64,000 nucleotides of DNA from Candidatus Heimdallarchaeota archaeon (GCA_030603365.1 JAUVXV010000004.1:224001-288000), one strand, 5' to 3'. Positions 18,765 through 30,359 are shown, numbered from the stretch's first letter. Notes: generated by a model from the sequence alone, not told the origin. Program-made: numbers and translations.

Positions 18765-19961
18765 TTAAGCAGTATTGAATTTTGCTGAAGAATCAGCATC
18801 AATATTTGCAGATTTTACTGTAGTAATTTTAGCTCCAGCTTCAATCCTCACTTTATCAGCAACTACATGGTCAACTCTTGCATTTTCTTCGATGGTAACT
18901 TCTCCACCTATTAATTTTCCTCGAACTCGGGAATTCTCCTTAATTAGGATTGTTTCTCCCTTTGTCTCGGTACATTCAAGACCACCAGCAATTTCGATTT
19001 CTTTAGCTTGTATCAGATCTCCACTCAATTTACCATTTACAATTAATGCTTCATGTATTTTTAATGAGTCACTGGAAGCACAAGCGCCATTAACATGAAG
19101 ATTGTCACCTATAGCATTGCTTCCAAAAGTGAATGCTCCATTAACATGGATGGTTTTAAACAGGAAGTTATCTCCAACTTTGGTAGCACCGTTTGCTTCC
19201 AACTTATCAATTTTGGAATCATCTCCGAAAACACAAGATCCTCCACAATTAACTACGTTTGCAGAAAAACTCTCACTACATTTGAATGAACCACCAACTT
19301 TCAAGGCTTTTTGGATTTGACCAAATTCAATTTTTGCAGATCCTCCAATACCAATTTCCTCACATTTTATTTCATTGCATTTTAAGGAGCCCCCAACACT
19401 GATCTCTTGAGCTTCTAAATCTCCTTCAATTTTTGCAGAACCCGATATTTCAAAATCGGAGCTGGAAGTAACATCTCCCTCAACTTTCAGAGAACCACTT
19501 ACTTCAATATCGGTAGCAGTTAAATTCATGCCATGTTTGGCAGATCCACTTAAGTCATAGTCCTTAACATTTGTTTCTCCATGCACAATACAACTACCAC
19601 TAATTTCAACATCTCCAGCTGTAAGGTCTTTGTCTACTTCTAAGCCACCATCGATGTCTATCTCTTCACATCTTAATGAGCCTGTAATTATCAGTTTTGA
19701 TCCATTGCTTGATCTTCTACTTGAAACACGTACATGTGATGCTTCAACATCACCGCCTATCTCAAGATATCCCCAGTCATGTTTGATATTATCAACCTTA
19801 ACTGAGCCATTAATTATAATATCTCCCTTACTAATAAGATCTCCAGAAATTACTAGGGTACCAGTAGGAACAGTTATTGTTGCTCCATCTCCAACCTTTA
19901 GATTTCCATCAACCTTTGAAAGTTCGACGTTTTCATCTTCTTTTACGAGTATATCACCCAT
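18765..19961 (-). CDS. Polymer-forming (bactofilin-like) beta-helix repeat protein
   Basis: Nearly the whole protein is repeats such as (I/V)xGSLKVEGDV / ISGSAKIEGDL. Confidence 0.75.
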   Translation of the reverse strand: MGDILVKEDENVELSKVDGNLKVGDGATITVPTGTLVISGDLISKGDIIINGSVKVDNIKHDWGYLEIGGDVEASHVRVSSRRSSNGSKLIITGSLRCEEIDIDGGLEVDKDLTAGDVEISGSCIVHGETNVKDYDLSGSAKHGMNLTATDIEVSGSLKVEGDVTSSSDFEISGSAKIEGDLEAQEISVGGSLKCNEIKCEEIGIGGSAKIEFGQIQKALKVGGSFKCSESFSANVVNCGGSCVFGDDSKIDKLEANGATKVGDNFLFKTIHVNGAFTFGSNAIGDNLHVNGACASSDSLKIHEALIVNGKLSGDLIQAKEIEIAGGLECTETKGETILIKENSRVRGKLIGGEVTIEENARVDHVVADKVRIEAGAKITTVKSANIDADSSAKFNTA

Positions 19962-20028
19962 TTACTTCACCAATTTATTGTTCTATCTTCTCCTTCTCCT
20001 CCATATATAAAAAGAAAAAACACAAGTT

Positions 20029-20054
20029 GTGACCAAAAGGTGTACCTTTGTCAC
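20029..20054. promoter_or_regulatory. Imperfect inverted repeat (candidate operator) in a divergent promoter region
   Basis: GTGAC-CA-AAAGGT-GT-ACCTTT-GTCAC between the divergent starts at 19961 and 20100. Confidence 0.5.
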
Positions 20055-20099
20055 TAGTCATATAGTAAATCTTTTCAAATTTCATGAAGACTTTAACCT

Positions 20100-21920
20100 A
20101 TGTCGGCAGAGCTAATTGAGAAAATTGCTCGCATTCCCCAATTCTACCTGACCAGCTTAAATCATTCTAAAGACAAAATTGCGTTTTACTGGGATATAAC
20201 TGGTAGAGTTGAATTATATGTGATGGATCTCAAAACTAAGAAATATGATCAAATCAGTCACGGTGAGGTGCCAAGAGCTTTGAGAGCTGGTTTTGTCTGG
20301 ACACGTGATAATAAGAATATAATATTTGCAAAAGACAAAGATGGAAACGAGCAACACGATCTCTATATTATGAATTTAGAAACAAAAAAAGCAGAACAAA
20401 TAACTGAAACCCCAAATTTCCAAGAACATGTTGCTCATACAAGCCCTGATGGTAAAGAACTTCTATTTACTTCAACCAGAAACGGCCAAAGGAATATATT
20501 TAGTTATAACTTCAAGAGTAAAGAAATTCAAGAATTAACAAACTACAAACGACCGGTTCTTGGAGCAGTTTGGAGCCCCGCTAATGATTATATTGTTTTT
20601 GGGTATAATGACTCTGAAAATCTCCAAAATGGGGATATTTGGATTATGAACACAGATGGGTCAAATCAAAGAAAATTATTGAGTTTTAAGGATGGCTCTC
20701 AAGATGGAGTTACAGATATTTCAAAAGATGGAAAAATACTTGCTATAACCTCTGATTTCGATGGTAATTCAAGAGCTGGGGTTTATAATTTTGAAATTGA
20801 TGAGGTAAAATGGTTCGGAGATGGTTCATCAGAAGAGTATTCAGGTAAACTTTCCGAGGATGGGAAATTTCTAGTTTGTGCTAGGAATTCAAATGCAGCT
20901 GTATACCCTATGATCTATGATATTAAAACAGGTAAGGAAAGAAAACTTGATTTTCCACCAGGAGTTGTAGCAGGCACAGCAATTACAAAAAACGATGAAT
21001 TCTTGATTGTAACCTTGAATTCTTCTACAAGTCCAAGCAAATTAATTAAATATGATTTAAATAAAAATGCTATTGACGAACTTATTCCTGCTGAACTTGG
21101 TGAGTTAAGTCCAGATTTCTTTGTTGATGATGATTATGTAGAATATCCTTCCACTAATAATCTCACAATTGGTGCTATTTTGTATAAACCCAAGAACATA
21201 GAGCAAGGAAAGAAATTGCCAGCTCTTGTTCAAGTACATGGTGGTCCCACAGGTCAATATTTCAGAAATTTCAGTATGTTTGACCAAATTTTAGTAAATA
21301 ATGGATTTGTGGTTCTTAAGCCAAATTTCAGAGGTTCAACCGGATATGGGAGAGAGTTTCAAGATATGAACATTGAAGATATTGGTGGTGGAGACCTAGA
21401 TGACATAGTTGCTGGTGTCGAATATCTGAAAACTCTCGATTGTGTAGATCAGAACCGAATTGGGATTTTTGGAGGTTCATATGGTGGGTATATGACATTC
21501 TGGGCAACAGTTAAAAGACCGGAACTATGGAAAGCAGGTGCTGCAAGTGTAGGAATAACAGACTGGAAGTTATTATACGAAGAAAGCATGCCACACTTTA
21601 AACATTATCTCCATATGATGTTTGGCAAACCTGAAGAAAAGGAAGATTTGTATAATGAAAGATCACCAATAAATTTCGTAGAGAATCTAGATACTGCTCT
21701 ATTGATAGTTCATGGAGCCCATGATCCTAGATGTCCAATTACTCAAGCAAGAATATACAGAGATAAACTGCTGGAACTAGGTTGGAAAGAAGGTACTGAA
21801 GGAGAAAAAACCTTTGAGTATATCGAGCATACTGACATAGGTCATGGTGGATTCACAGATCAAACTTTTCGTATTAGATCCTTTAAAACCATTTTGGATT
21901 TCTTCAAAAGACGTCTTTAG
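20100..21920 (+). CDS. S9 family peptidase (acylaminoacyl/dipeptidyl aminopeptidase)
   Basis: Beta-propeller N-terminus; VHGGP, GGSYGG (Ser), HGAHDPRC (Asp) and GHG (His). Confidence 0.93.
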   Translation: MSAELIEKIARIPQFYLTSLNHSKDKIAFYWDITGRVELYVMDLKTKKYDQISHGEVPRALRAGFVWTRDNKNIIFAKDKDGNEQHDLYIMNLETKKAEQITETPNFQEHVAHTSPDGKELLFTSTRNGQRNIFSYNFKSKEIQELTNYKRPVLGAVWSPANDYIVFGYNDSENLQNGDIWIMNTDGSNQRKLLSFKDGSQDGVTDISKDGKILAITSDFDGNSRAGVYNFEIDEVKWFGDGSSEEYSGKLSEDGKFLVCARNSNAAVYPMIYDIKTGKERKLDFPPGVVAGTAITKNDEFLIVTLNSSTSPSKLIKYDLNKNAIDELIPAELGELSPDFFVDDDYVEYPSTNNLTIGAILYKPKNIEQGKKLPALVQVHGGPTGQYFRNFSMFDQILVNNGFVVLKPNFRGSTGYGREFQDMNIEDIGGGDLDDIVAGVEYLKTLDCVDQNRIGIFGGSYGGYMTFWATVKRPELWKAGAASVGITDWKLLYEESMPHFKHYLHMMFGKPEEKEDLYNERSPINFVENLDTALLIVHGAHDPRCPITQARIYRDKLLELGWKEGTEGEKTFEYIEHTDIGHGGFTDQTFRIRSFKTILDFFKRRL

Positions 21921-21944
21921 TTGGGGTGCTACCCCTTTATTTTT

Positions 21945-23762
21945 CTAATCTGTTTGGGTTGTGAGAGAATCTGTTCTTGTCTTGACAATCCTTTCTTCCC
22001 ACAACCTTCTCATTTCTGTACTGATTTCTAGTAGGTCATCGAGCTTACCTTGAGCTTCTATTCTCCCATCCTTTAGTACAATAACATTATCTGCTCTTCG
22101 CAAAGCAATGGGTCGATGAGATACTGCTAAACAAGTTGATGTTCCACTTCTTTCAAACACTCTTTTCCATAACTTTTGCTCGGTTTCAACATCTAGAGCA
22201 CTTGATAAATCATCAAAAATGAAAATCTCTGATTCATGAGCAAACATTCTTGCAGCTGCCAACCTTTGCCTCTGACCACCTGATAATTTAACACCCTTTG
22301 GTCCGATTATAGTATCCAACCCCTTCTCGAATTCTCCAACTTCTTCTTCAATTACAGCAAGTCTCAAGGCTTCTTCAATATCCACAGATTCTTCAGGTAA
22401 TCCCATAAGAATATTTTCTTTGACTGTTTCACTAAAAAGTCTAGGAACTTGGGAAGTGTAAGCTGTTATTGGAGGTACAAAGAATTCTGCTGGATCTTCA
22501 ATACTCTCACCATTCCACAATAATTTCCCTTCATCCTTGGGTAGCAAACCCAGTAATGTTCTTAGAAGTGTTGTTTTACCTGAACCAATTCTACCAGTAA
22601 TTACAGTAAATGATCCTTTTGCTATTGAAAAATTAACATCTGTGATCCCCTTATTAGAATCTTTATATGAATAGGATAGGTTTCTGATGTCAAAGTTCAC
22701 AAGCTTTTTTGAATCTTCGATTTTCAATGCAGGAATTGGTGGAAATGGTTCTTTGATATAGATGGGTCCATGTCTTACCAATTCAAACTCTGTAACTTCG
22801 ATATCTTCTCTCTTTATTAGTTTGAACATCCTTTCAAGTGAAACTTTTGTACGAATGTATCTTGGAACTAAATCTCCCATGTTCCAGATAAATTCTCCTA
22901 GTTCACCTAATAAGCTAACAAAAAAGGCTAGTTCTCCTACAGAGAATAAATTACCTTGCATATTGTTTCCAACAAGTAATAGAACAGTACCTATTCCTAA
23001 ATAGATGGTAACACGGTAAATAGAATGAAGTAATTGATGGAAAAACTCGTCCTTTACTTCTGCTATTCGTCTTTTACGATTGATTTCTCCAAAATAATCG
23101 AGCACATAATCTTCAGCTACTGCAACTTTGATTGATTGAACAGACCTGAAGATTTCTCCAATTGTTCGAGTTACTGCTCCTGCGGCTTTTCTGCGGTTTT
23201 TTCTTAGTCTGGTAAAAACCGGTCTAGTGAAAAACACCATTATCATCATAAACAGAAATGGAATACTCACGAATACTGTTACTTTCCAATTAATATTGCT
23301 CATTAAATAAAAGGAAATAGCAGTAAATATTCCCAGACTAAAGAAGGCAGTAAGATGGTAAGTAAACCACATAAACTCTTCCGTATCTCCTCTAAACCTA
23401 GAGATTGCTTCTCCTGGAGAGTCAGGAAGTGCAACTGCACCAGGTTTTTTGAAAATGCCTATTAACATGTTTTTTCGAAGTAAAACTCTACTGACCAGAG
23501 CAAAAACCCACATTGTAAAAACAAAAACAAAATCTCCAATGAGTCGCATACTGAGTGTAAGTGGAAGTATTAGAAGTACAAGAACCCAGATATTTACGTC
23601 TATTTGCCATCCAGGAAAATCTTGGAGTTTGTTGAATATTTCCATTATAATAATACTGGCTGCTAAAGGTTGTAGAAAGAATAATATATCTGAGAGGAAC
23701 CCAACAAATACCAATCCTGGCCTATATCTTATCATTCTCCAAGATAGTTTTAGCACTTTCAT
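21945..23762 (-). CDS. ABC exporter, fused TMD+NBD (heterodimer partner)
   Basis: [16 protein letters not shown] and [10 protein letters not shown]. Confidence 0.93.
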   Translation of the reverse strand: MKVLKLSWRMIRYRPGLVFVGFLSDILFFLQPLAASIIIMEIFNKLQDFPGWQIDVNIWVLVLLILPLTLSMRLIGDFVFVFTMWVFALVSRVLLRKNMLIGIFKKPGAVALPDSPGEAISRFRGDTEEFMWFTYHLTAFFSLGIFTAISFYLMSNINWKVTVFVSIPFLFMMIMVFFTRPVFTRLRKNRRKAAGAVTRTIGEIFRSVQSIKVAVAEDYVLDYFGEINRKRRIAEVKDEFFHQLLHSIYRVTIYLGIGTVLLLVGNNMQGNLFSVGELAFFVSLLGELGEFIWNMGDLVPRYIRTKVSLERMFKLIKREDIEVTEFELVRHGPIYIKEPFPPIPALKIEDSKKLVNFDIRNLSYSYKDSNKGITDVNFSIAKGSFTVITGRIGSGKTTLLRTLLGLLPKDEGKLLWNGESIEDPAEFFVPPITAYTSQVPRLFSETVKENILMGLPEESVDIEEALRLAVIEEEVGEFEKGLDTIIGPKGVKLSGGQRQRLAAARMFAHESEIFIFDDLSSALDVETEQKLWKRVFERSGTSTCLAVSHRPIALRRADNVIVLKDGRIEAQGKLDDLLEISTEMRRLWEERIVKTRTDSLTTQTD

Positions 23763-25576
23763 TTCAACAACTCCTCAATTTCACCTGTTTGTAATAACTG
23801 ATAGAACTTTGATTGTGGATTTTGGGCTAATTCTTCTCTCCTCCCGTATTCAATGGTTTTTCCTTTATCTATTATCAAAACATCATCAACTCTTTCAAGA
23901 GTTGCTAGTCGATGAGCAATTACTATCCCTGTTCTGTTAATTAGTAGTTTTTCAATTGCTAGATCAAGTAAGTTTTCAGTTGCTGGATCCAATCTTGATG
24001 ATGCTTCATCCAAAACAACTAAATTAGGACTCTTAATGAATACTCGAGCAAGAGCTAATAATTGAGCTTCACCAGCTGAAATACCGTGTTCACTTGACGA
24101 GATGATTGTATCTAGTCCTTCTGGAAGTTTTTCTAACCAATCCCCTAAACCAATATCAAGAAGAATTGATTCAATTCGAATGTCTGGTATCCTTTTATCA
24201 AATAGGGTTACATTATCTCTCACTGAAGCTTGAAATAGTTCCACATTTTGTGTTACATATGAGATTTTGTCTCTTAAGTCTAGAAGGGATAGATCTGTAA
24301 TATTTGTGTCATTCACTCTAATGGTACCATCGTTCTGTTTCGCATCATATAATCTGAAAATCAATCTAGATATGGTTGTTTTCCCACTTCCAGTGTGACC
24401 TACAATCCCTAAAGTTTGTCCTGGTTCAAGTTTGAAAGAAATATTGTTAAGCACATAATCGTCTTCATTGTAAGCGAAGCTTAATTTGTTAAATTCAATG
24501 TTAAGAGGACCAGGGGATAATTTTTCCAAACCTGTATCATGAATTTTAGTTTCTATCTCAAAAAGCTTGTTTATCCGATCAATTGATGCTCCTGCTATTT
24601 GAAGATCTTGCATTTGTCTTGTAATGACAAATATTGGTCGCAACAATATTCCAGCAAACATTTGAATTAGAAATACAGTAGGTAAATCTATCACACCGTT
24701 TCTAACTAAGGGAATGCTGGGTGCAAAAATCAATGTATTAATAATCGCAATAACTCCCCAAATTGCCATCACAAAAACTTGTCCTCTTACTAATGCTCTT
24801 TTAAAGGCTTTGAAGTCCTTTCTTGAAGCATCAAAGAATTTTCGCATAGAATTCTTGATTCCTCTATTTGCACGGATATCCTCAATTGCACTCAAACTTT
24901 CTTCTATTGTTCCATACAAATCTGCACTGGTTTGTCTTTGTTTTTCCCATGCTTTAACAGAGAAGTTTCTAAGAATATACATTATTATTATTGCTAAAAA
25001 TGTAAAAGCAGTAAATGATAAACCTATTATCCAATGTTTTGAGAACAACAAAGCTAAAGATCCGGTTATTATAAGTAATGAAGTTACTAATTGAACAGAG
25101 AATTGTGATAAGAATGTAGCTAAAGTATTTACATCTCCATCAATTCTCTCAATCATTTCTCCTGGTTTATGTTCATTATGAAATGTCATGTCCAAATTAA
25201 TACAGTGCTTAGTCAAGTCGAATCTTAACATATTTGTTGATGACCAAGATAGAGTTTGACTCAAGTATACTGAGCCTAAAGTAATTATTTGTTGGATAAC
25301 CATCAAAACAGTGAATATTGCCGCTAATAAGAGGAGTGTTTGATAGATATTACCAATGTCCAGTACTAGAATCGACTGTGACTCCCAATATATATTTGGA
25401 TCTTGTAAAGGATGGCCATTTGTTGCTAGAAATATGAATCTTTCAATGAGTAAAGGGGAAAGAATTAGTAAAACAGTTCCACTACCCAATAGGAGAGCTA
25501 ACAATAACACTCTTTTCTTGAAAGGTGCGAGGTACTTTTTCTGTACATCCCAATATTTCTGTAGTGGAATTTTCAT
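23759..25576 (-). CDS. ABC exporter, fused TMD+NBD (heterodimer partner)
   Basis: [15 protein letters not shown] (degenerate signature) and LDEASSRLD; 4-bp overlap with the partner gene. Confidence 0.93.
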   Translation of the reverse strand: MKIPLQKYWDVQKKYLAPFKKRVLLLALLLGSGTVLLILSPLLIERFIFLATNGHPLQDPNIYWESQSILVLDIGNIYQTLLLLAAIFTVLMVIQQIITLGSVYLSQTLSWSSTNMLRFDLTKHCINLDMTFHNEHKPGEMIERIDGDVNTLATFLSQFSVQLVTSLLIITGSLALLFSKHWIIGLSFTAFTFLAIIIMYILRNFSVKAWEKQRQTSADLYGTIEESLSAIEDIRANRGIKNSMRKFFDASRKDFKAFKRALVRGQVFVMAIWGVIAIINTLIFAPSIPLVRNGVIDLPTVFLIQMFAGILLRPIFVITRQMQDLQIAGASIDRINKLFEIETKIHDTGLEKLSPGPLNIEFNKLSFAYNEDDYVLNNISFKLEPGQTLGIVGHTGSGKTTISRLIFRLYDAKQNDGTIRVNDTNITDLSLLDLRDKISYVTQNVELFQASVRDNVTLFDKRIPDIRIESILLDIGLGDWLEKLPEGLDTIISSSEHGISAGEAQLLALARVFIKSPNLVVLDEASSRLDPATENLLDLAIEKLLINRTGIVIAHRLATLERVDDVLIIDKGKTIEYGRREELAQNPQSKFYQLLQTGEIEELLK

Positions 25577-25649
25577 TATTACGGGTACTTCTGCCTTAAT
25601 GCATTTATAAATTTAAGTTTAAACGATTGTGCCCACAAAATTTGAAAGT

Positions 25650-26384
25650 TTATGAAATTTCACTAGTCTCTCCTTCTGGTAATCTTGGTCTAAGTGTGAG
25701 ATAGATTAATCCTCCTATTAAAGGGATACAGAATAATATAAACAAGATATTATTTTTCCAGTTTCTTCTCTTCATGTCATCCCAAATTACGATGGGATAA
25801 AACAAACAAAGAAGTGAGAAGTCGATTGTCATTACATGAACAAAACTACTTTCCATAAACAAAGTACTATAATTAGCCCAATCACCAATTAGGCTTCCCG
25901 CTATGATTCCATACAACGCTAATCCTAAAGTTAAAGCTGCTAGAATGATACCAAGAATACGAGAATCCATAATTTTTGTAAACCAAGTTTTTTTTGTTTT
26001 AGGATTCTCTTTCCATACACCTCTTAAGGCAAAATATGGCATCAAAACATACATCCCCAAACCAAAGGCAGCTAAAACAAAAATCCAAGCAGGAATGAAT
26101 CTCTCTCTACTTTCTATGAAGAGTATAGCGGCATATAACAGAGCCATTGCTCCAACAAGGTTAAACAAGCTCCAAGATACTGGTCCGACTACACTGATTT
26201 TGAAATCACCAAAGGAAAGACCTCGTTGATCTTCTGGTGCCCAAACGAATGAATACAGGAGGAAAAAAGTCCAGATAACGAGAAACAGTAAGTTAAAACT
26301 AAGAAATTCCTTCCAAGGTATTTTTATTTCTTTGATTGAAGCCAAGATTCCACTTTGTTTTTTTTCAGATTCATTATTTTCCAT
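25650..26384 (-). CDS. Membrane protein (DUF2834-like)
   Basis: Several TM helices; VHVMTIDF...DDMKRR...YLTLRPRLP. Confidence 0.6.
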   Translation of the reverse strand: MENNESEKKQSGILASIKEIKIPWKEFLSFNLLFLVIWTFFLLYSFVWAPEDQRGLSFGDFKISVVGPVSWSLFNLVGAMALLYAAILFIESRERFIPAWIFVLAAFGLGMYVLMPYFALRGVWKENPKTKKTWFTKIMDSRILGIILAALTLGLALYGIIAGSLIGDWANYSTLFMESSFVHVMTIDFSLLCLFYPIVIWDDMKRRNWKNNILFILFCIPLIGGLIYLTLRPRLPEGETSEIS

Positions 26385-26404
26385 TTGTTCTCACGCCTTT
26401 GTTT

Positions 26405-27067
26405 TTATGTGTTAAATGCTCTATCCCCGGCATCACCCAAACCAGGTACAATGTATCCCTTCTCATCAAGTACCTGATCAATATCACCAGCGATAATTAT
26501 CGTTTGAGGATATTTTTCTAAAATTCTATTTATAGCGTATTCTGTAGCAATTGCACACAGTACGATTATACGTAAAGGCTTCTGATTTTTCAATTGCTGT
26601 AGCGTAAATAATAATGTTGAACCACTTGCTAACATTGGATCAACTACAATTGCTATTCTATTTTCAAGATAGGGTACTTTAAAGTAGTCACTATCTATTC
26701 TAAAATCCCTACCATTTTCTTGAATCATTTTACCTCGTGCAGCAGATACGATTCCTACTTTTGCATTGGGGATTACTTCTAGAACACCTTCAGACATAGG
26801 TAAAGCTGCTCTAAGGATGGTTATGATTACAATCTCCTCGCTTATAGTTTCATATTCAGCCTCACCCAATGGAGTTTCAGTTTTTACGCTAGATTTTCCA
26901 AAATACTTTGCAGCTTCATAAGTCAAAAAATTACCCAAACGTCGGAGATATTCTCTAAAATCTGCTGGAATTGTTTTTTTATCTCTTAATTTCCCAACAA
27001 TCTCTGAAATGAGAACATTTGCTTCACTTGCATTAATACACATTCCAACTAAAGAAAGAGAGAACAT
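26405..27067 (-). CDS. upp: Uracil phosphoribosyltransferase (start probably ATG 27043)
   Basis: ETPLG, ILRAALPM, VDPMLASGST and GYIVPGLGDAGDR. Confidence 0.95.
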   Translation of the reverse strand: MFSLSLVGMCINASEANVLISEIVGKLRDKKTIPADFREYLRRLGNFLTYEAAKYFGKSSVKTETPLGEAEYETISEEIVIITILRAALPMSEGVLEVIPNAKVGIVSAARGKMIQENGRDFRIDSDYFKVPYLENRIAIVVDPMLASGSTLLFTLQQLKNQKPLRIIVLCAIATEYAINRILEKYPQTIIIAGDIDQVLDEKGYIVPGLGDAGDRAFNT

Positions 27068-27207
27068 AATTAAATATGTTATTCACTGCCAAATTTACAA
27101 ACAAGGCAAGCGAAATTGCGCTATCTATTAAATATGGGCAAGATATATGAGTGTCAGTTATAAAAACAATGCATGTTTAAGTCAAGATTTTTCATATTAT
27201 TTTTGTT

Positions 27208-27399
27208 ATGATTATATTTTATTTCTTACTTCCAATTCAGAACAATCTTTCCTCAAACATCACTAAGAATGATATTCAAACTCTAAAAGAAGAAGATTTC
27301 TTTGTGGATATTGTTTTTGTGGGATTTGATGAAGATATAGTCCTGGGAAATAATATCGAGTTTATAATGGGAAGTATTATTTCGGATCCGTTGCTGTAG
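27208..27399 (+). pseudogene. Possible fragment of a secreted protein
   Basis: Hydrophobic N-terminus, then VDIVFVGFDE, then an early stop; sits alone in a 440-bp gap. Confidence 0.25.
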
Positions 27400-27506
27400 C
27401 TACTGTGGTATTTATTATGATTAAATTTGTTAAGTTTCCAATAAAGAAGAAGTAAATGCATACCTATATAGAGACAAAAATGATAGATGGATATTAGGTA
27501 ATCAGA

Positions 27507-28580
27507 ATGAAAGATGATTTTGATATCAATAGAATTGAAATAAATCCTGCAGATTTGCTGAATTATTCAAAAGAAGATTGGAGTTTGTATCATGAATTTA
27601 GAAAGAAAAGACACTTTCAGATATATCCAGATGATCCTTTTATAGACAATGATGCTTCTGAAAAATCCTTGAAAATGCAAGTAACTCATCCTGAATTTGT
27701 ACTACACTTTTTTACTGTTATCGATAATTCAACCAAAAAGCTTGTAGGTCAATTTGTCTATGGCGGTTTTCGTGAAACATCTCCATCGTACGAAGGAAAT
27801 AAACATCTCATTCAATTTGATTTAGCCCTTCTACCAGAGTATCGGAAGAAAGGAATAGGAACTTTAGTGCTGAAACAAGTATATGATTTTGCTAAAAAAA
27901 ACAGTTATTCTCTTGTAATTTCAGGTTCTGAAGAAGAAGATGGTAAAGCTTTTCTAAAGGCTATTGGTGCTCAAACAGCTTTATCCGGTGTTGAAAATCG
28001 TTTAAAACTCGATGATGTTGATTGGGTTATGGTTGAAACTTGGGCTAAGGAGGGACCAGAACGTTCTCCCGAGTCAGAACTTAAGCTAGTTGATTCAATA
28101 CCTGACAATATTATAGAAAAATATTGCAATGTTTACACTGAAACCCTTAATCAACAACCCTTAGGAGATTTGGATATAAGCAATATGGTTTACTCTCCAG
28201 AGCTATTTAGAGAAATGGAGAAACGAAGAGCATCGCTAGGAAGAACACATATAACCTATTATACTCAAGAACCAAACGGAGATATTTCTGGTTTAACAGA
28301 GATGCTTTATATTCCAGAAAGAGACCATTTGATTGAACAACTACTTACAGGTGTTCAACAAGAGTACAGAGGTCGTGGTCTTGGGAAGTGGTTAAAAGCT
28401 GAAATGCTTCTAAAAACAAAAGAACAATTTCCGCAAGTAAAAATAATCTCTACAGGAAATGCTACAACCAATAAACCCATGCTTTCTATCAATGATCGAC
28501 TTGGATTTAAGCCACATAAAGAAGGAATAACTGCTCAACTTAAGCTAGAAGATTTAGAAAAATACTTGGCTGGAAAATAA
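27507..28580 (+). CDS. Tandem-domain GNAT acetyltransferase
   Basis: Two acetyl-CoA motifs (PEYRKKGIGT and TGVQQEYRGRGLG) plus NKPMLSINDRLGF. Confidence 0.88.
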   Translation: MKDDFDINRIEINPADLLNYSKEDWSLYHEFRKKRHFQIYPDDPFIDNDASEKSLKMQVTHPEFVLHFFTVIDNSTKKLVGQFVYGGFRETSPSYEGNKHLIQFDLALLPEYRKKGIGTLVLKQVYDFAKKNSYSLVISGSEEEDGKAFLKAIGAQTALSGVENRLKLDDVDWVMVETWAKEGPERSPESELKLVDSIPDNIIEKYCNVYTETLNQQPLGDLDISNMVYSPELFREMEKRRASLGRTHITYYTQEPNGDISGLTEMLYIPERDHLIEQLLTGVQQEYRGRGLGKWLKAEMLLKTKEQFPQVKIISTGNATTNKPMLSINDRLGFKPHKEGITAQLKLEDLEKYLAGK

Positions 28581-28740
28581 CCTTCTGTCCCCTTTTCTCT
28601 TTATTTTTTATGAATAGTGCATTCAAAGCTCTAAATTTGGGGAATTACGCTCCAGTAGCCCTTTGATACTTTAACAGAATAAGATTTAACCACTCATTTA
28701 AAATTTATTAGAGATTGGGATAGAAGCTTACAGGTTGTAT

Positions 28741-29742
28741 TTAATTCTTGACTTTAACTTTCCCAAATTTTGAAAGCCAATCATCTTCATCATATAAATC
28801 TAAGAAGAACAGATTCTCTAAATAATCTCTGAGAAAATATACTTCTTTACCGAGCTCCTCAGCAAATTTCACTTCTATATATGCCCCTTTGCCAACAAAA
28901 TACTCATTATTATACTCCATCGCAGAGAAAATAACAATGTCGCTTTTACTCAAAAGATCAAGACATCTCTTCATAATTTCGTTTCTCGAAACATCTTTCC
29001 ATTTCTTCTCATACTTGGCTGGATTTATGATTTCAGCTTCAGGAAAAGTTTTTTTAATTATCTTCAGTTCTCGTTTTTCGTGTTTTGTGCTATATATTTT
29101 CATTGAATGAGCATAATATATCTGAGGAATGATTCTATATTGCTTCCGCTTATACAGTTCTAGAAGTATGCACGCAGTATAAAACGCATCATAGCTCGCT
29201 CGGTGTTCTTCGAACTCTCCAATTTTTTCTTCAAGTTCTTTGTTAGTAATAATGCTTTCCGTATTCTCACTAAGAAGATTTTTTCTGGAATAAGCTAAAC
29301 TGTAAATTCTCTTTTTGTATTTTCTACCTGAAGGTCTAAGATAATCTGAAGCTACCAACATGATACAGGGAGCTGTTTTTGTTTTACTACTTTTCTTGTT
29401 AATGTTCCATGGATCATGATTCAGAAACTTATCGAAATCAAATGCGTTGTTATATGCAGCAATATACTTACCTGAAAGAATTTGACGTACTTCCTCAACT
29501 ACAGTAGGTAAATCTTTCTCAGCGTTTTGAATATCTTCAACTGACAGAACACCTTTGCGAAATATCCATGAGTTATGAAGGTTGTCATCCCAAGTATCGG
29601 TTTCATAATGAATCAGTGAATGATAAACTTGACTAATTTTCTGTTTCAACACATTAGCTCGCATAATTGATATCTCAACAATAAGATCCTTTGGAAACCC
29701 ATCAAGTCCCGTTGTTTCAATATCCAACACATAAATATCCAT
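28741..29742 (-). CDS. DEDDh 3'-5' exonuclease fused to a nucleoside 2-deoxyribosyltransferase-like domain
   Basis: LDIETTG, YNNAFD and HRASYDA; C-terminal IYYAHS...IINP...SDIVIF...GKGAYIEVKFAEELGKEVY. Confidence 0.75.
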   Translation of the reverse strand: MDIYVLDIETTGLDGFPKDLIVEISIMRANVLKQKISQVYHSLIHYETDTWDDNLHNSWIFRKGVLSVEDIQNAEKDLPTVVEEVRQILSGKYIAAYNNAFDFDKFLNHDPWNINKKSSKTKTAPCIMLVASDYLRPSGRKYKKRIYSLAYSRKNLLSENTESIITNKELEEKIGEFEEHRASYDAFYTACILLELYKRKQYRIIPQIYYAHSMKIYSTKHEKRELKIIKKTFPEAEIINPAKYEKKWKDVSRNEIMKRCLDLLSKSDIVIFSAMEYNNEYFVGKGAYIEVKFAEELGKEVYFLRDYLENLFFLDLYDEDDWLSKFGKVKVKN

Positions 29743-29816
29743 TAAGTTACAAAATATGCTAATCCTTTAAGTTTTTACCCCACCTAAAACAAAGTGAAAA
29801 AAACGATGAAGTATTA

Positions 29817-30359
29817 TTACGATGCTCTGTAGTCATCATATTTCTTTAATCCAGCAGGAATAGGAGTTTGTAGTATGTTTTCCTCGGGTACTTTGGTGCA
29901 GTTCCACAGATCATTGTATGCACATAACGGATTGTAAGCTTGATTGAAGTCCACTTCATATTTTCCTTTTGATACTCTTTCTATCTCTAAATACCTTCCC
30001 ACGTAGTAGGTTTCTTCACCAGTAGTTGTGTCTTTGAATGGTAAGTAATAATAGTCACCTTCAAGAGGTTTGAAGACCGTAAGTTTATGCATTTGACCAT
30101 CAATTTCAAATTCTATAGACGCAAATCTAGTATAATGTCTTATTTCATTCAGTGTCGTGGGAATTGCTACTTCCTCTTGATTTTCGAATTCTTTTAACTC
30201 AACAATGAATCTATATTTCTCATCCATCGGAAAATAGGACAATCCTTTGAAATCTACTTTCTGTTCTGGAGTCAGAGGAGAATTTGGGGATTTTAGATAG
30301 AGTATATCTGTACGTTCTCTAATCCTGTCTATTTTCTCCTTATAGGTTTTCTCTGCCAT
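29817..30359 (-). CDS. DUF1684 family protein
   Basis: SPL...F.GL.YFP, PFKDTTTGEETY, GRYL and DFNQAYNPLCAYN. Confidence 0.9.
   Translation of the reverse strand: MAEKTYKEKIDRIRERTDILYLKSPNSPLTPEQKVDFKGLSYFPMDEKYRFIVELKEFENQEEVAIPTTLNEIRHYTRFASIEFEIDGQMHKLTVFKPLEGDYYYLPFKDTTTGEETYYVGRYLEIERVSKGKYEVDFNQAYNPLCAYNDLWNCTKVPEENILQTPIPAGLKKYDDYRAS

Noticed and set aside
16975-20000. Possible integrated element at tRNA-Trp (or at tRNA-Ser)
   Set aside because: No integrase and no duplicated tRNA 3' end (att site) seen in the window.
18775-20010. Several + strand ORFs over the beta-helix gene
   Set aside because: Antisense shadows of a repetitive coding sequence.
17012-28632. Shared intergenic 12-mer AGTGCATTCAAA followed by AGCTCT (near 17012 and 28616)
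   Set aside because: Only two short copies in AT-rich DNA, with no terminal inverted repeats or regular spacing; not supportable as a MITE or CRISPR repeat.
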